From: an uncultured Ignavibacteriales bacterium
Lineage (GTDB): Bacteria > Zixibacteria > MSB-5A5 > GN15 > FEB-12
NCBI GenBank assembly: GCA_964464605.1
Contig: CAYXJN010000004.1
Span: forward strand, 186,001 to 250,000
Direction: 5' to 3'
Length of the DNA: 64,000 nucleotides
Numbering within the stretch: position 1 is the first letter of the stretch; every line of letters starts with the position of its first letter. The translations under genes were made by a program, and so were the position numbers. Shown one piece after another: positions 27,866-37,421 of the stretch. Under the pieces are notes generated by a model, which did not search any database, was not told where the DNA came from, and saw only the letters and a program-made list of their open reading frames with translations.

Positions 27866-29185
27866 ATGAACAAGCTCCAAATCGCGGAACAGATTGCCAA
27901 TAACGAACAAATTCTTTCTATGCCGCAGGCCATTTCGCAATTGCTGAATGAGGCCGGTAAAGAGGATTTTTCACCCGATCGTCTTTCTAAGATTATTCTC
28001 AAAGACCCGGCCATTACCGGTCGAATTTTACGGCTGGCCAATTCTCCGTTCTATCAGCGTTTCGGACAAATCAAAACCGTCAATCAAGCGGTTTCGATAC
28101 TTGGCGTTACGACCGTCAAATGTTTAGTGCTTTCCTCGTCCGTATTCAATCCCGACAAAATTGGCAAAGACTCCGGTTTAGAGCCGAAAAAATATTTTTC
28201 CTATGTCATGTCGGTGGCGGCCGCTTCTGAAAAACTGGCGCGATTAGTCAATTACCAATCGGCAGAAGAAGCGCTCATAGCCGGACTGTTGCATGATATC
28301 GGTGTTCTGTATTTGTCGCACCATTATCCGCAGGAATACCGTAAGGTGCTTGCATTGCAGTCACCGAATTGCTCGCTTTTAAAAGCAGAACATCAGGTTT
28401 TCGGAACCGACCATTGCGAAGTCGGCGCGCTATTGTGCGAGCTGTGGCATTTGCCTCCGTATATCAGCGCCAGTATCGCCCATCACCACGCCGCCGATGA
28501 TTCTAACAGCGCCGGCGTGCTTGAAAAAATCGTGCAGCTTGCGGTGGTGTTAAGCAATGATCAAAGCGCCGATACGGCTCAGCACCTGGAACAGCGGATC
28601 ATTCGTATTCAGGAATTGTCCGAACAGCTCAAGCTGCAGAAAGAGCAGGTAGATACGGTTTCCAAAACACTGGCGATTGCCTCGCTTGAAATGGCGAATT
28701 ATGTCGGTGTTGATATCGGTAATCTCGATGAAATGCTCGGACGTGCGAATGAAGAGATCTGGAAATCCTATTTACTGATCGAAAATCTGTTTAAGCAGCG
28801 GCAGGAGCTTAGCCAGAGCTTGCTTGATCAGGAACGGGCGCGGGGGGCGCTGCAATCGAAGAATGTCGCGATGGCGACACTCTCGCACTATGTCAACAAC
28901 GCCGTCATGGCGATATTCGGCCGTACCCAGTTATTGCGAATGCACATGAATCGCGGCAATACTGAAAAAATGCTGACCCAGTTGCCCGGGCATCTGGAAG
29001 TTATCGATAGATCACTTAAAAAAATCGTCGCGGTACTTGAAGAGATGAAAGATATCTCGCCGATTGATCAGATGGAATTCTACAACATGTCGGAAGCGCT
29101 CAGTATCGATGACCGTATTGAGACCCGCATGCAAAAAATGTCGGAAGAAAGCGGATTAGTACTGCCCGAAGAGGCATCGCTGTAG
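27866..29185 (+). CDS. HDOD domain protein with a C-terminal HisKA/DHp-like region
   Basis: KDPAITGRILRLANSPFY, AGLLHDIG, DHCEVGALLCELWHLP; C-terminal ATLSHYVNNAVMAIFG; no HATPase. Confidence 0.85.
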   Translation: MNKLQIAEQIANNEQILSMPQAISQLLNEAGKEDFSPDRLSKIILKDPAITGRILRLANSPFYQRFGQIKTVNQAVSILGVTTVKCLVLSSSVFNPDKIGKDSGLEPKKYFSYVMSVAAASEKLARLVNYQSAEEALIAGLLHDIGVLYLSHHYPQEYRKVLALQSPNCSLLKAEHQVFGTDHCEVGALLCELWHLPPYISASIAHHHAADDSNSAGVLEKIVQLAVVLSNDQSADTAQHLEQRIIRIQELSEQLKLQKEQVDTVSKTLAIASLEMANYVGVDIGNLDEMLGRANEEIWKSYLLIENLFKQRQELSQSLLDQERARGALQSKNVAMATLSHYVNNAVMAIFGRTQLLRMHMNRGNTEKMLTQLPGHLEVIDRSLKKIVAVLEEMKDISPIDQMEFYNMSEALSIDDRIETRMQKMSEESGLVLPEEASL

Positions 29186-29197
29186 CGTTTACTTTCG

Positions 29198-29226
29198 TTG
29201 ACCTGACGCACGCAGTTATCTACACT
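29198..29226 (+). promoter_or_regulatory. Sigma70 promoter abutting the aroC start codon
   Basis: TTGACC-N17-TACACT, with ATG 7 nt after the -10 box. Confidence 0.55.
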
Positions 29227-29232
29227 TAGTCT

Positions 29233-30432
29233 ATGCTCACTTATTTGACCTCAGGCGAATCCCACGGGCCGCAGCTGACTGCGGTTATTGATGGATTCCC
29301 GGCAGGATTCACGGTTTCCGTAGACCAAATCAATTATCACCTCGCCCGCCGGCAAAAGGGATACGGCCGCGGGGGGCGAATGAAGATCGAGCAGGATCGG
29401 GTGGAAATTGTTTCCGGTATCCGTAACAGCCGGACAATGGGCGGTCCTATTACTTTCGTTATCAGCAATAAAGATTGGGCGAACTGGACTGAAGTCATGC
29501 ACCCGGTTAATCCGCTCTCAGAACAGCTCGGATTGCGCGAGGAACGGCTTGCCCATGAAACCCGCGCCCCACGGCCGGGACATGCCGATCTCCCCGGCGG
29601 GATAAAGTGGAATCACCATGACCTGCGCAACGTGCTTGAACGCGCCTCGGCGCGGGAAACCGCCGCCCGGGTATCGCTCGGCAGTTTAGCCCGGCAGCTG
29701 TTAGAGCATTTCGACGTACAGTTTGCTTCCCACGTTGTTCAGATTGGAACGGTTAAACTGGAGGCCGGATATTCGACTGATGATTTAGCAAAGCTGAATG
29801 AAATTGCCGAAGCCTCCGAAGTGCGCTGTCTTGATGCCGCTACAGGTGAGAGAATGATTGAAGAGATAAAGGCCGCAAAAAATGAACGTGACTCCGTCGG
29901 CGGCGTGGTTGAATGTATTGTTCGCGGTTTGCCGATCGGCTTGGGTGGTTTCTCCCAATGGTATCATCGTTTGGATGGCCGCCTTGCCCAGGCGCTTATG
30001 TCGATTCATTCAGTCAAAGGGGTGGAAGTCGGACAGGGATTTGCCGGTGCCGGCTTGCGCGGCTCGCAATTTCAGGATGAGATTTTCTACGATTCGAAAA
30101 CGGATAAAGCGAAAAAAGGATTTTATCGCACCACGAACAATGCCGGCGGTCTCGAAGGCGGTATTACCAACGGTGAAGATATTATCGTTCGGGTGGCGAA
30201 TAAGCCGATTTCAACCTTGAACCGTCCGCTGCAAACGGTAAACGTCGAGACAAAGAAACCGGCTGAGGCGATGGTCGAACGTACCGACAACTGCGTTGTT
30301 CCGGCGCTGGGTGTTGTCTGTGAAGCGGTGATTGCACTCGTGCTGGTGGAAGCGTTTCTGCAAAAGTTCGGTTCGGATAATCTGGTCGAAACCGAGCGGA
30401 ATTATCAGGCCTTTCTTGATTCTGCCTATTAA
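29233..30432 (+). CDS. aroC: Chorismate synthase
   Basis: TSGESHG, RRQKGYGRGGRM, PRPGHAD, ERASARETAARV, GGLEGGITNG. Confidence 0.97.
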   Translation: MLTYLTSGESHGPQLTAVIDGFPAGFTVSVDQINYHLARRQKGYGRGGRMKIEQDRVEIVSGIRNSRTMGGPITFVISNKDWANWTEVMHPVNPLSEQLGLREERLAHETRAPRPGHADLPGGIKWNHHDLRNVLERASARETAARVSLGSLARQLLEHFDVQFASHVVQIGTVKLEAGYSTDDLAKLNEIAEASEVRCLDAATGERMIEEIKAAKNERDSVGGVVECIVRGLPIGLGGFSQWYHRLDGRLAQALMSIHSVKGVEVGQGFAGAGLRGSQFQDEIFYDSKTDKAKKGFYRTTNNAGGLEGGITNGEDIIVRVANKPISTLNRPLQTVNVETKKPAEAMVERTDNCVVPALGVVCEAVIALVLVEAFLQKFGSDNLVETERNYQAFLDSAY

Positions 30433-30526
30433 TCCATTCTAAAAATCCCACTCTTCTCATTCTCTTATTCGTTGCTCCTGCGCATGAAGTTTTCTACTTT
30501 CTCCGCATGCAAAAAGGAGAGAGCAA

Positions 30527-32017
30527 ATGAAATTTGATGTGCAGCTGCGCACCGGAAAAACACCGGGTGAAACGTTAGTGCTTTTCGTCACGCAATCGGA
30601 TCGTCCGTCGGATAAAGCGCTCAAACAGCTTGATGTCGCGTCAGGCGGTATGCTTTCAAGTTTATTTAGCAGCGGTGAGTTTACCGGAAAGTCGGGTGAA
30701 GTTGCCGTTGTCACCAGGCCGCAGGGATTCAGCGCATCCCGTGTGTTGGTAGCCGGTGTCGGCAGCCGTAAAGGTCTCACCAGTGATGCAATCCGTCGTG
30801 CGGCCGGTACTGTTTCACGCAATCGTTCACTGACGATGGTCGCCGGTGCATCGTTCTGGATGCCCGGTCTTGATTCACCGGAAAATGTTCAAGCGGCAGT
30901 GGAAGGGTATCTGCTCGGCAGTTACAAGCTGCTCATGTACAAATCCGGTGAAGCACAAAAGAGCAAAGAGAAACTGAAATCAATTACGATTCTCGCCGAT
31001 GACCGCCGCTCTCTTGCGAAATCAGCTGCCGCCGTGCAAAAGGGAATGATTATCGCCGAGGGGCAAAATCTCGTTCGCGATTTAGCCGCGACGCCGTCGA
31101 ATTTTCTCACGCCACGCATGTTCGCTGAAAAGGCGCAGCAACTGGCACGGACATATAAATACTCCTGTAAAATTCTTGATGAGAAGGCAATCGCCGCGCA
31201 AAAGATGGGCGGTGTGCTCAGTGTCGCCAAAGGCTCAATTGAACCACCCCGCTTTATTATTCTGGAATACAAAGGCAAAAAGAGTTCCGGTAAACCGATT
31301 GTGTTGGTCGGTAAAGGGGTGACCTTCGACAGCGGTGGTATCTCTATCAAACCTGCGGAGGGGATGCAGGAAATGAAAGGGGACATGACCGGCGGCGCCT
31401 GTGTGTTAAGTGCTATAACCGTTGCGGCTCGCTTACAATTACCGCTGCATATCGTTGCGCTGATTCCGTCGGTCGAGAATATGCCCTCAGGTACCGCTTT
31501 CAAGCCGGGAGATATTATTACGCTTCGCAAAGGTATCACCGTTGAAATCACCAATACCGATGCCGAAGGGCGATTGATACTTTCGGATGCGTTGGATTAC
31601 GCGAACGAATTCAAACCGCAGGCCGTGCTTGATATTGCCACGTTAACCGGAGCGGCGCTGTTTATTCTCGGTTATGCCGGTGCGCCGATCATGGGAAACG
31701 ATCAGCGTTTGCTCGACCGGGTTGCCAGCGCCTCAAAACAGTGCGGAGAAAAGGTCTGGCAATTGCCGATTTGGGATGAGATTCGTGACCGGATGAAATC
31801 CTCAATCGCGGATCTCTTGAACTCCGCCGGAAGACCGGCTGGAACGATTGCAGCGGCTGCATTTTTGGAAAACTCGGTAGGAGATTACCCGTGGGCGCAT
31901 ATAGATATTGCCTGGGTTGACATTGAACCAAGCGGTCAGCCGTATATACCAAAAGGGCCGACAGGCATTGGGTTACGGCTCTTAGTTGAAGTGTTGCTAA
32001 ACTGGAAAAAGATATAG
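30527..32017 (+). CDS. pepA: Leucyl aminopeptidase (M17)
   Basis: VGKGVTFDSGGISIK, MKGDM, NTDAEGRLILSDAL, DIATLTGA. Confidence 0.95.
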   Translation: MKFDVQLRTGKTPGETLVLFVTQSDRPSDKALKQLDVASGGMLSSLFSSGEFTGKSGEVAVVTRPQGFSASRVLVAGVGSRKGLTSDAIRRAAGTVSRNRSLTMVAGASFWMPGLDSPENVQAAVEGYLLGSYKLLMYKSGEAQKSKEKLKSITILADDRRSLAKSAAAVQKGMIIAEGQNLVRDLAATPSNFLTPRMFAEKAQQLARTYKYSCKILDEKAIAAQKMGGVLSVAKGSIEPPRFIILEYKGKKSSGKPIVLVGKGVTFDSGGISIKPAEGMQEMKGDMTGGACVLSAITVAARLQLPLHIVALIPSVENMPSGTAFKPGDIITLRKGITVEITNTDAEGRLILSDALDYANEFKPQAVLDIATLTGAALFILGYAGAPIMGNDQRLLDRVASASKQCGEKVWQLPIWDEIRDRMKSSIADLLNSAGRPAGTIAAAAFLENSVGDYPWAHIDIAWVDIEPSGQPYIPKGPTGIGLRLLVEVLLNWKKI

Positions 32018-32018
32018 G

Positions 32019-32046
32019 AAAAGGCCGCTGAAAAGCGGCCTTTTTT
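32019..32046. terminator. Bidirectional intrinsic terminator
   Basis: AAAAGGCCGCT-gaaa-AGCGGCCTTTTTT between convergent genes. Confidence 0.85.
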
Positions 32047-32048
32047 AT

Positions 32049-33080
32049 TTAGAGTCCGATTCGGACTGTTGAAGTCTTTGACCAGGCAGGCCCAAAATCA
32101 GCACCGGGTCCGGTAAGTCGTTTCGCTCCCTGACCGGTAATATCGCAAATCCAGACTGAACCGTCTTGGGTGGAAAAGGTCAGCCATTTTCCATCCGGAG
32201 ACCATGATGGGGCAAACGTCGCCGTCGTCAAACCGACTGACGGTTTAAAAACCAGAAACTTCTCTTTGAGATCGGCTGAGAGAATATAGACCGAAGCATC
32301 GTTCATTTTCCCTGATACTGCGGCGATCCACTTGCCGTCCGGTGACCATGCCGGTCCGATCCAGCTTTGATTCCGCCGAGCTTGAGCGATGATAGTATCC
32401 ATCGACATCATATATTTTCCTGCCGGAATAACCGCAAGCCCGACTTCTTTTTTATCGGCGATCGAAAACACGATGCAGGCAATATCGCCGGCAGCGTTCA
32501 TCGTTGGTGATTTGAGCATAGCAGTCGGGTTCTGCCAATCTTTGCGAATCATCTGGACATCATTGCCGTCCGGATCCATTATACAAATCTGATAATTCGG
32601 TTCGCCGGCATTGGGACGGTTCGCGTTCATATCTTTCCAGAAAATAATTTTCTGGCCATCCGCGCTCCACTCCGGGTCACGGCTGCCCAAATCAAGCGTC
32701 GGGCGAATCCAGTATTCGGTGTTGTTATTGTAGACGGAATCGAGAATGACTTGGAAGATGTCATACACTTTGTAAAAGCCGCCGAGCAGATCAGGTCCTT
32801 TAAGATTAACGGTGCCGCCGCGGGTGAAGGCGATACGTTCACCGTCAGCGCTCCAACTTAAACGTCCGTCAGCATTCGTGGCTTCACAGACCTTTTGCTG
32901 ATTGGTATTGTCGACATCCATGATCCAGACATTTTTTTCGCGCAGAAAGGCGATTTTGCCTGCCGGTTTGCCGACGACTCCGGCCCGTTCTTTGGGAAGG
33001 TACTGCGCCGAAACCGAGGCGCACAGGAGACTGGTTGCCAGAAGCGCAGTCCCGATCAATCGAGATACAATCATGTTCAA
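32049..33080 (-). CDS. Secreted TolB-like PD40/WD40 beta-propeller protein
   Basis: Signal peptide; repeated WSADGERIAF, WSADGQKIIF, WSPDGKWIAA, WSPDGKWLTF. Confidence 0.85.
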   Translation of the reverse strand: MNMIVSRLIGTALLATSLLCASVSAQYLPKERAGVVGKPAGKIAFLREKNVWIMDVDNTNQQKVCEATNADGRLSWSADGERIAFTRGGTVNLKGPDLLGGFYKVYDIFQVILDSVYNNNTEYWIRPTLDLGSRDPEWSADGQKIIFWKDMNANRPNAGEPNYQICIMDPDGNDVQMIRKDWQNPTAMLKSPTMNAAGDIACIVFSIADKKEVGLAVIPAGKYMMSMDTIIAQARRNQSWIGPAWSPDGKWIAAVSGKMNDASVYILSADLKEKFLVFKPSVGLTTATFAPSWSPDGKWLTFSTQDGSVWICDITGQGAKRLTGPGADFGPAWSKTSTVRIGL

Positions 33081-33170
33081 ATCGTTTATTCCTTGTTGTA
33101 AGCTATCAGTTCAAATGAATGCACTAATTTGATCGGGTACTGCGGCGCTGTCAATTGCTTTGTGGCAGCC

Positions 33171-34043
33171 TTACCAGCTGAAATACTTACGCAGTTCGAT
33201 ATTACCGCGAACACCCGAGAACTTCAGGTCAACCCGGCCATCTTCGGTGCCGTCGTACGAAGCAATGACTTCTTCGTTCTGGCCGTTATACCAGGCAACA
33301 TTACTAAAGTTCAGGTGAAAATATCCGGCTTTGGCACCGAACATCAGACCACCCATGCTGATCGGATACTCCACGCCCATGTTAAAGCTGAAGCCGGGGG
33401 CAGTACCGGTATACGTGGCGTTTTCACCTTCAGTGGTCGAGGTCGATAAATTCAGGTTCTGGTATTCATTGAACAGATCCCAGCTGGCATGATAAAAGCC
33501 GATGGTACCGTTGGCAAAGAGGGAGAAGTTCTTTACCGGCTGATTTGCCTGTGGGGGATTCATGAAATAATAGCTGACGCCGGTGCTGAAACCATAGACG
33601 CTGATTTCGGAACGGAGCGTACTGATAGTATCGGTACCGCTGCCGGAGCTATACTCGAATGAACCGGATTCGTTCTGACCCATCTTCATCCAGTATTCAC
33701 CGCCGACATGCCAGGCGAGTTTTTTCGAAACAACCATACCGAGTTCAAGCCCAAAGCTCTGCGCGGTATTGAGCCAGCTCATTTCACCATTCGACAAAGA
33801 ACCGTTTATGGAGTTGGCGAAGCTATTGTAATCATTGTTACGATTGATTCGGTTCAAACCAAAATTGAACGAAGCCCAGCCCATGCGGTGTTTATGTTTC
33901 TTTTCAGTCTTCTTCAAGTAGCTGTTGACCGCATCTTGTTCCGCTTTGTTCGGAGTTCTGATCGGTTCATCAGTAGTAGCCGGTTCGGCAAGCGCAACAG
34001 AACACGTGCAAAGCGCAATTGCCAGAGTAGTTTTGAACGACAT
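33171..34043 (-). CDS. Probable outer-membrane beta-barrel protein
   Basis: SD AAGGAGG before ATG 34043; signal peptide; alternating aromatic/Gly beta strands; C-terminal RKYFSW. Confidence 0.65.
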   Translation of the reverse strand: MSFKTTLAIALCTCSVALAEPATTDEPIRTPNKAEQDAVNSYLKKTEKKHKHRMGWASFNFGLNRINRNNDYNSFANSINGSLSNGEMSWLNTAQSFGLELGMVVSKKLAWHVGGEYWMKMGQNESGSFEYSSGSGTDTISTLRSEISVYGFSTGVSYYFMNPPQANQPVKNFSLFANGTIGFYHASWDLFNEYQNLNLSTSTTEGENATYTGTAPGFSFNMGVEYPISMGGLMFGAKAGYFHLNFSNVAWYNGQNEEVIASYDGTEDGRVDLKFSGVRGNIELRKYFSW

Positions 34044-34081
34044 GATTCCTCCTTGTGTCATACCTGTTTCGATACAAGGAA

Positions 34082-34109
34082 TTATCGGCGGAATCTTGTG
34101 CTGTCTTGA
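34082..34109 (-). promoter_or_regulatory. Sigma28 (FliA/WhiG)-like promoter
   Basis: Minus strand TCAAG-N15-GCCGATAA upstream of the OMP gene. Confidence 0.5.
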
Positions 34110-34175
34110 CTAATACGAAGGGAAAAGCAGGTGAGGGGTTTTACAGTAAAACTATGGGGGACAGCCCATTACTTT

Positions 34176-34733
34176 TTAGTCTCGTCCCTTGGCCAGGGTA
34201 ATTTCCTTTTGGGCCTGGTATTTCCCCTTTTTATCGGCGTACGACTGCAGGCAGTCGCCGTCCCCTTCAAGAAAAATCAGTTGGGCAATCCCTTCATTGG
34301 CGTACACGCGCAAAGGAACAGGGGCGGTATTGGAAAGGGAGATGGTCGCGAAACCTTCCCACTCCGGTTCAAACGGCGTAACGTTGACGACCAGGCCGCT
34401 GCGGGCGTAGGTCGACTTGCCGAAGCAGATGGTGATGATATTCCGGGGGATTCGAAAATACTCTTTGGTGCGGGCAAGCACGAAGGAGTTAGCGGGAATA
34501 AGCACAGTGTCGGCGGTAATCGCCGTGAATTGCTGCGGGTCACTTTTTTTCGGGTCGAGTTCAGCAATTGCATTCGGATTTAAGATTTTAAATTCATCAG
34601 CAAGGCTGATATCGTAGCCGTATGAAGAAACTCCAAAACTGATGCCGGTTCGAATTTGCGTTTCAGAAAACGGTTCGATCATCTGGTGCCGACGGCACAT
34701 TTCAATTATCCAGCTATCAGGTTTGGCAGGCAT
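34176..34733 (-). CDS. dcd: dCTP deaminase
   Basis: [37 protein letters not shown]. Confidence 0.95.
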   Translation of the reverse strand: MPAKPDSWIIEMCRRHQMIEPFSETQIRTGISFGVSSYGYDISLADEFKILNPNAIAELDPKKSDPQQFTAITADTVLIPANSFVLARTKEYFRIPRNIITICFGKSTYARSGLVVNVTPFEPEWEGFATISLSNTAPVPLRVYANEGIAQLIFLEGDGDCLQSYADKKGKYQAQKEITLAKGRD

Positions 34734-34813
34734 TCAGACACTTTCTGTATTTGCGGTCTCTTTACGCAAACATACCCGAATACCTGCCAACTGTAAAGCG
34801 TCGCTATTGCCAG

Positions 34814-35248
34814 CTATTGCATTGGAACCATCTGCTCCTGCTGCCAGGTTGCCAAATCCGCAAGCGTATGCTTTTCGAAGACCGCCATAAGCTGCTTTTC
34901 AGCAATCGACAAAAGTTCGGTCAGGGCATCGAATTCCGGACTGGTCTGTACCGGGTCATCACTTTGCCTGATCGAGCGGCTCAAGTGATACGGTCCTTGT
35001 ATAGTTTCGATAACTTCACGGATAGAAATCTGTCCGGGTTCCTTGGCCAGTGTAAAACCGCCATGGGCACCGCGATGAGAGTTAACGACGCCCCCTCTGG
35101 CGAGGGATTGAAAGATCTTTGCGAGAAATCGGTCAGGAATCTTGGTAGCAGAAGCGATTTCTGACAGCGGGGTAATTGTAGTACGCTGCTTGTGCGCCAA
35201 GTAAAGCGTTCCCAGCACCCCATATTCTTCAGCTTTGGTAAACTGCAT
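34814..35248 (-). CDS. Rrf2 family transcriptional regulator without Cys ligands
   Basis: EIASATKIPDRFLAKIFQSL, SHRGAHGGFTLAK, ISIREVIETIQG. Confidence 0.9.
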   Translation of the reverse strand: MQFTKAEEYGVLGTLYLAHKQRTTITPLSEIASATKIPDRFLAKIFQSLARGGVVNSHRGAHGGFTLAKEPGQISIREVIETIQGPYHLSRSIRQSDDPVQTSPEFDALTELLSIAEKQLMAVFEKHTLADLATWQQEQMVPMQ

Positions 35249-35361
35249 AACGAACTCCTTTGGTCCGCTGCTCTTTTGTCTAACACGTTTTGCTATTCAC
35301 AAGAGCAGCACGTGCGACCAAGGGAAACATGACAGAAGGGGGAGTTTTTGTCAAGAATAGT

Positions 35362-35379
35362 TTGTGATTTTTTTCACAA
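35362..35379. promoter_or_regulatory. Rex/CRP-like operator palindrome
   Basis: TTGTGAT-tttt-TTCACAA in the divergent rrf2/cobO spacer, just upstream of a minus-strand TTGACA (35354-35349). Confidence 0.55.
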
Positions 35380-35489
35380 AGCATTACGAAATCAGTAATG
35401 ATTTTAGCTGCCAGTTTGCCAGAGGGTTTGCGCCGCGCGCGTCGCTCGGTTACCTTAGGTTATGATGCGGTATCTCAGGAACGGAATTG

Positions 35490-36038
35490 ATGACTAACCA
35501 ACAATCAAACCAGCAGGGTCTTTTGGTCGTTTACACCGGCAACGGTAAAGGGAAAACAACTGCCGCGCTCGGGATGGTCGTCCGTGCCGTCGGCTATGAC
35601 TGGAAAGTGCTGATTATCCAATTCGTCAAAGGGAGCTGGAAGTACGGCGAATTAAAAGGGGTAAAACGTCTCGCGCCGAATGTGGTACTGCATACGGTTG
35701 GTGAAGGGTTTGTCGGTATCGTGGATGATAAAAAGGAATTTTCGGAACATCAGAAAGCGGCCAAAGAAGGAATAGCCTTTTCCGTCGATCAGATTCGCAC
35801 AGGGGAGTATCAGCTGATTATTCTGGATGAACTGAATGTTGCGCTCAGTTTAGGGCTGGTCGATCAGCAGGATGTCGAAGCAATTCTTGCTGCGCGTTCG
35901 CCGAAACAGCACCTGGTTATCACCGGTCGCGGCGCCCCTGAATGGCTTGTTGAAAAAGCGGATTTGGTGACGGAAATGACTGAAATCAAACATCCGTACC
36001 AGAAGGGAATACTCGCTCAAAAGGGAGTTGACTGGTAA
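35490..36038 (+). CDS. cobO: Cob(I)yrinic acid a,c-diamide adenosyltransferase (CobO/BtuR)
   Basis: VYTGNGKGKTTAALG, IQFVKG, ILDELN, LVITGR, ADLVTEM..KHPY. Confidence 0.93.
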   Translation: MTNQQSNQQGLLVVYTGNGKGKTTAALGMVVRAVGYDWKVLIIQFVKGSWKYGELKGVKRLAPNVVLHTVGEGFVGIVDDKKEFSEHQKAAKEGIAFSVDQIRTGEYQLIILDELNVALSLGLVDQQDVEAILAARSPKQHLVITGRGAPEWLVEKADLVTEMTEIKHPYQKGILAQKGVDW

Positions 36039-36138
36039 CTGCCGCATGAACATTTTTTACAATTCCGTGTTAGAATTGGGTACGCAATGCGACTACTCAG
36101 CAAAACTGCGATGAAACAGAAGAGATGAAGGATACAGA

Positions 36139-37113
36139 ATGAGCCAAATTAAAGAATATGATATCGTTGTTGTCGGTGGCGGTCCGGGCGGTTTATGCGC
36201 AGCCATGTACGGTGCGCGTGCCAAGCGGAAGACGGTCGTGTTGGAAAAATATCTCCCCGGCGGACAAATTGCCAACACCGGCGAGGTAGAGGATTACCTC
36301 GGCTTTGAACATATTGAAGGCTCTGAATTAGGTATCAAATTCACCGAACATGCGAAAAAGTTCGGCGCGGAAATAGAGTCCGAAGAAGTCGCCGAAGTGT
36401 ACACTGATGGGGATTACCGGATGGTGCGTTGTGCTTCCGGTGTTATCTACAAGGCGAAAGCAGTCATCATTGCTACCGGCGGCTCACCGGTCTATTTGGG
36501 TATTCCGGGTGAAGTGGAATTCTCCGGAAAAGGTGTTTCCTACTGTGCGATCTGCGACGGCGCCTTTTTCAAAAACCAGGTGATTGCCGTGGTCGGCGGC
36601 GGGGATGCCGCGGTGGAAGAAGCGACCTATTTGACCAAGTATGGTTCCAAGGTCTACATCATTCATCGGCGCGATCAGTTCCGCGCGCAAAAAATCATTC
36701 AGCAGCGTGCCTTCGATAATCCGAAGATCGAAGTTATCTGGGATACCGCGGTTGAAACGATCAACGGTGATGACCGCAAGGTTACGAATCTTTCTCTCGC
36801 GAATTTGAAAACGAACGAACGTAGTACGCTGCCGGTTGGCGCGATTTTTATTTTCATCGGGTTCAAGCCGAACTCCAATGTAACCCGTGAGCCGGTGGAT
36901 AAGGATGCCGGCGGGTATATCATTACCAACGAGCGGATGGAAACCTCACTGCCCGGTATCTTTGCCTGCGGCGATGTCCGCGCGCAATTAGTACGGCAGG
37001 TGACCAATGCGGTCGGTGACGGCACCACAGCGGCTGTGGCGGCTGAAAAGTATATCGAACAGCTTGAAGACAAGCATTTGAACCGGGCCGAGAAGGCGAA
37101 AACGATCGCGTAG
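36139..37113 (+). CDS. trxB: Thioredoxin-disulfide reductase
   Basis: GGGPGG, GVSYCAICDG, GGGDAAVEEA, IHRRD, GIFACGD. Confidence 0.95.
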   Translation: MSQIKEYDIVVVGGGPGGLCAAMYGARAKRKTVVLEKYLPGGQIANTGEVEDYLGFEHIEGSELGIKFTEHAKKFGAEIESEEVAEVYTDGDYRMVRCASGVIYKAKAVIIATGGSPVYLGIPGEVEFSGKGVSYCAICDGAFFKNQVIAVVGGGDAAVEEATYLTKYGSKVYIIHRRDQFRAQKIIQQRAFDNPKIEVIWDTAVETINGDDRKVTNLSLANLKTNERSTLPVGAIFIFIGFKPNSNVTREPVDKDAGGYIITNERMETSLPGIFACGDVRAQLVRQVTNAVGDGTTAAVAAEKYIEQLEDKHLNRAEKAKTIA

Positions 37114-37145
37114 CTGGCCAAGCTACAGAGAAACAGACAAAGGGG

Positions 37146-37170
37146 AGGCGCAGAGACTGCGACCTTTTTG
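37146..37170 (+). terminator. Probable trxB terminator
   Basis: AGGCGCAG-aga-CTGCGACCT followed by TTTT. Confidence 0.5.
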
Positions 37171-37306
37171 ACCCCAAATTTCTTCTTGTCACCATTGTTG
37201 GTATACTATAAGTTATTCTTGGTCTAATCATTCAACCGGGGAAAGACCTTTCCTCGGCCTTCATTCTTTTTCTCCCGTGTCGATATTAGCAGGAACACTA
37301 AAATAC

Positions 37307-37375
37307 GGGAGTGGTGTGCGCTGGCTAAAACCAGCCACCTGACGTTAGAGTCGGGCATCCCCCTCCACCACTCCC
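37307..37375 (+). ncRNA. Candidate structured RNA (three-way junction), family not recognised
   Basis: 10-bp closing stem GGGAGTGGTG/CACCACTCCC enclosing two hairpins, followed by a U-rich tract. Confidence 0.5.
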
Positions 37376-37421
37376 ATTTCTTTTATTTGCCCAGTCGAAT
37401 CTCTAAGCGATAGTTTGCGGT

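Noticed and set aside
32049..33080. Calling this gene tolB of a Tol-Pal system
   Set aside because: Only the PD40 propeller is evident; there is no clear TolB N domain and no pal or tolA neighbour.
37307..37376. Possible tRNA (about 70 nt, ends in CCA-like sequence)
   Set aside because: Only two internal arms, no TTCG T-loop or 7-nt anticodon loop, and a 10-bp closing stem. Kept as an unknown RNA instead.
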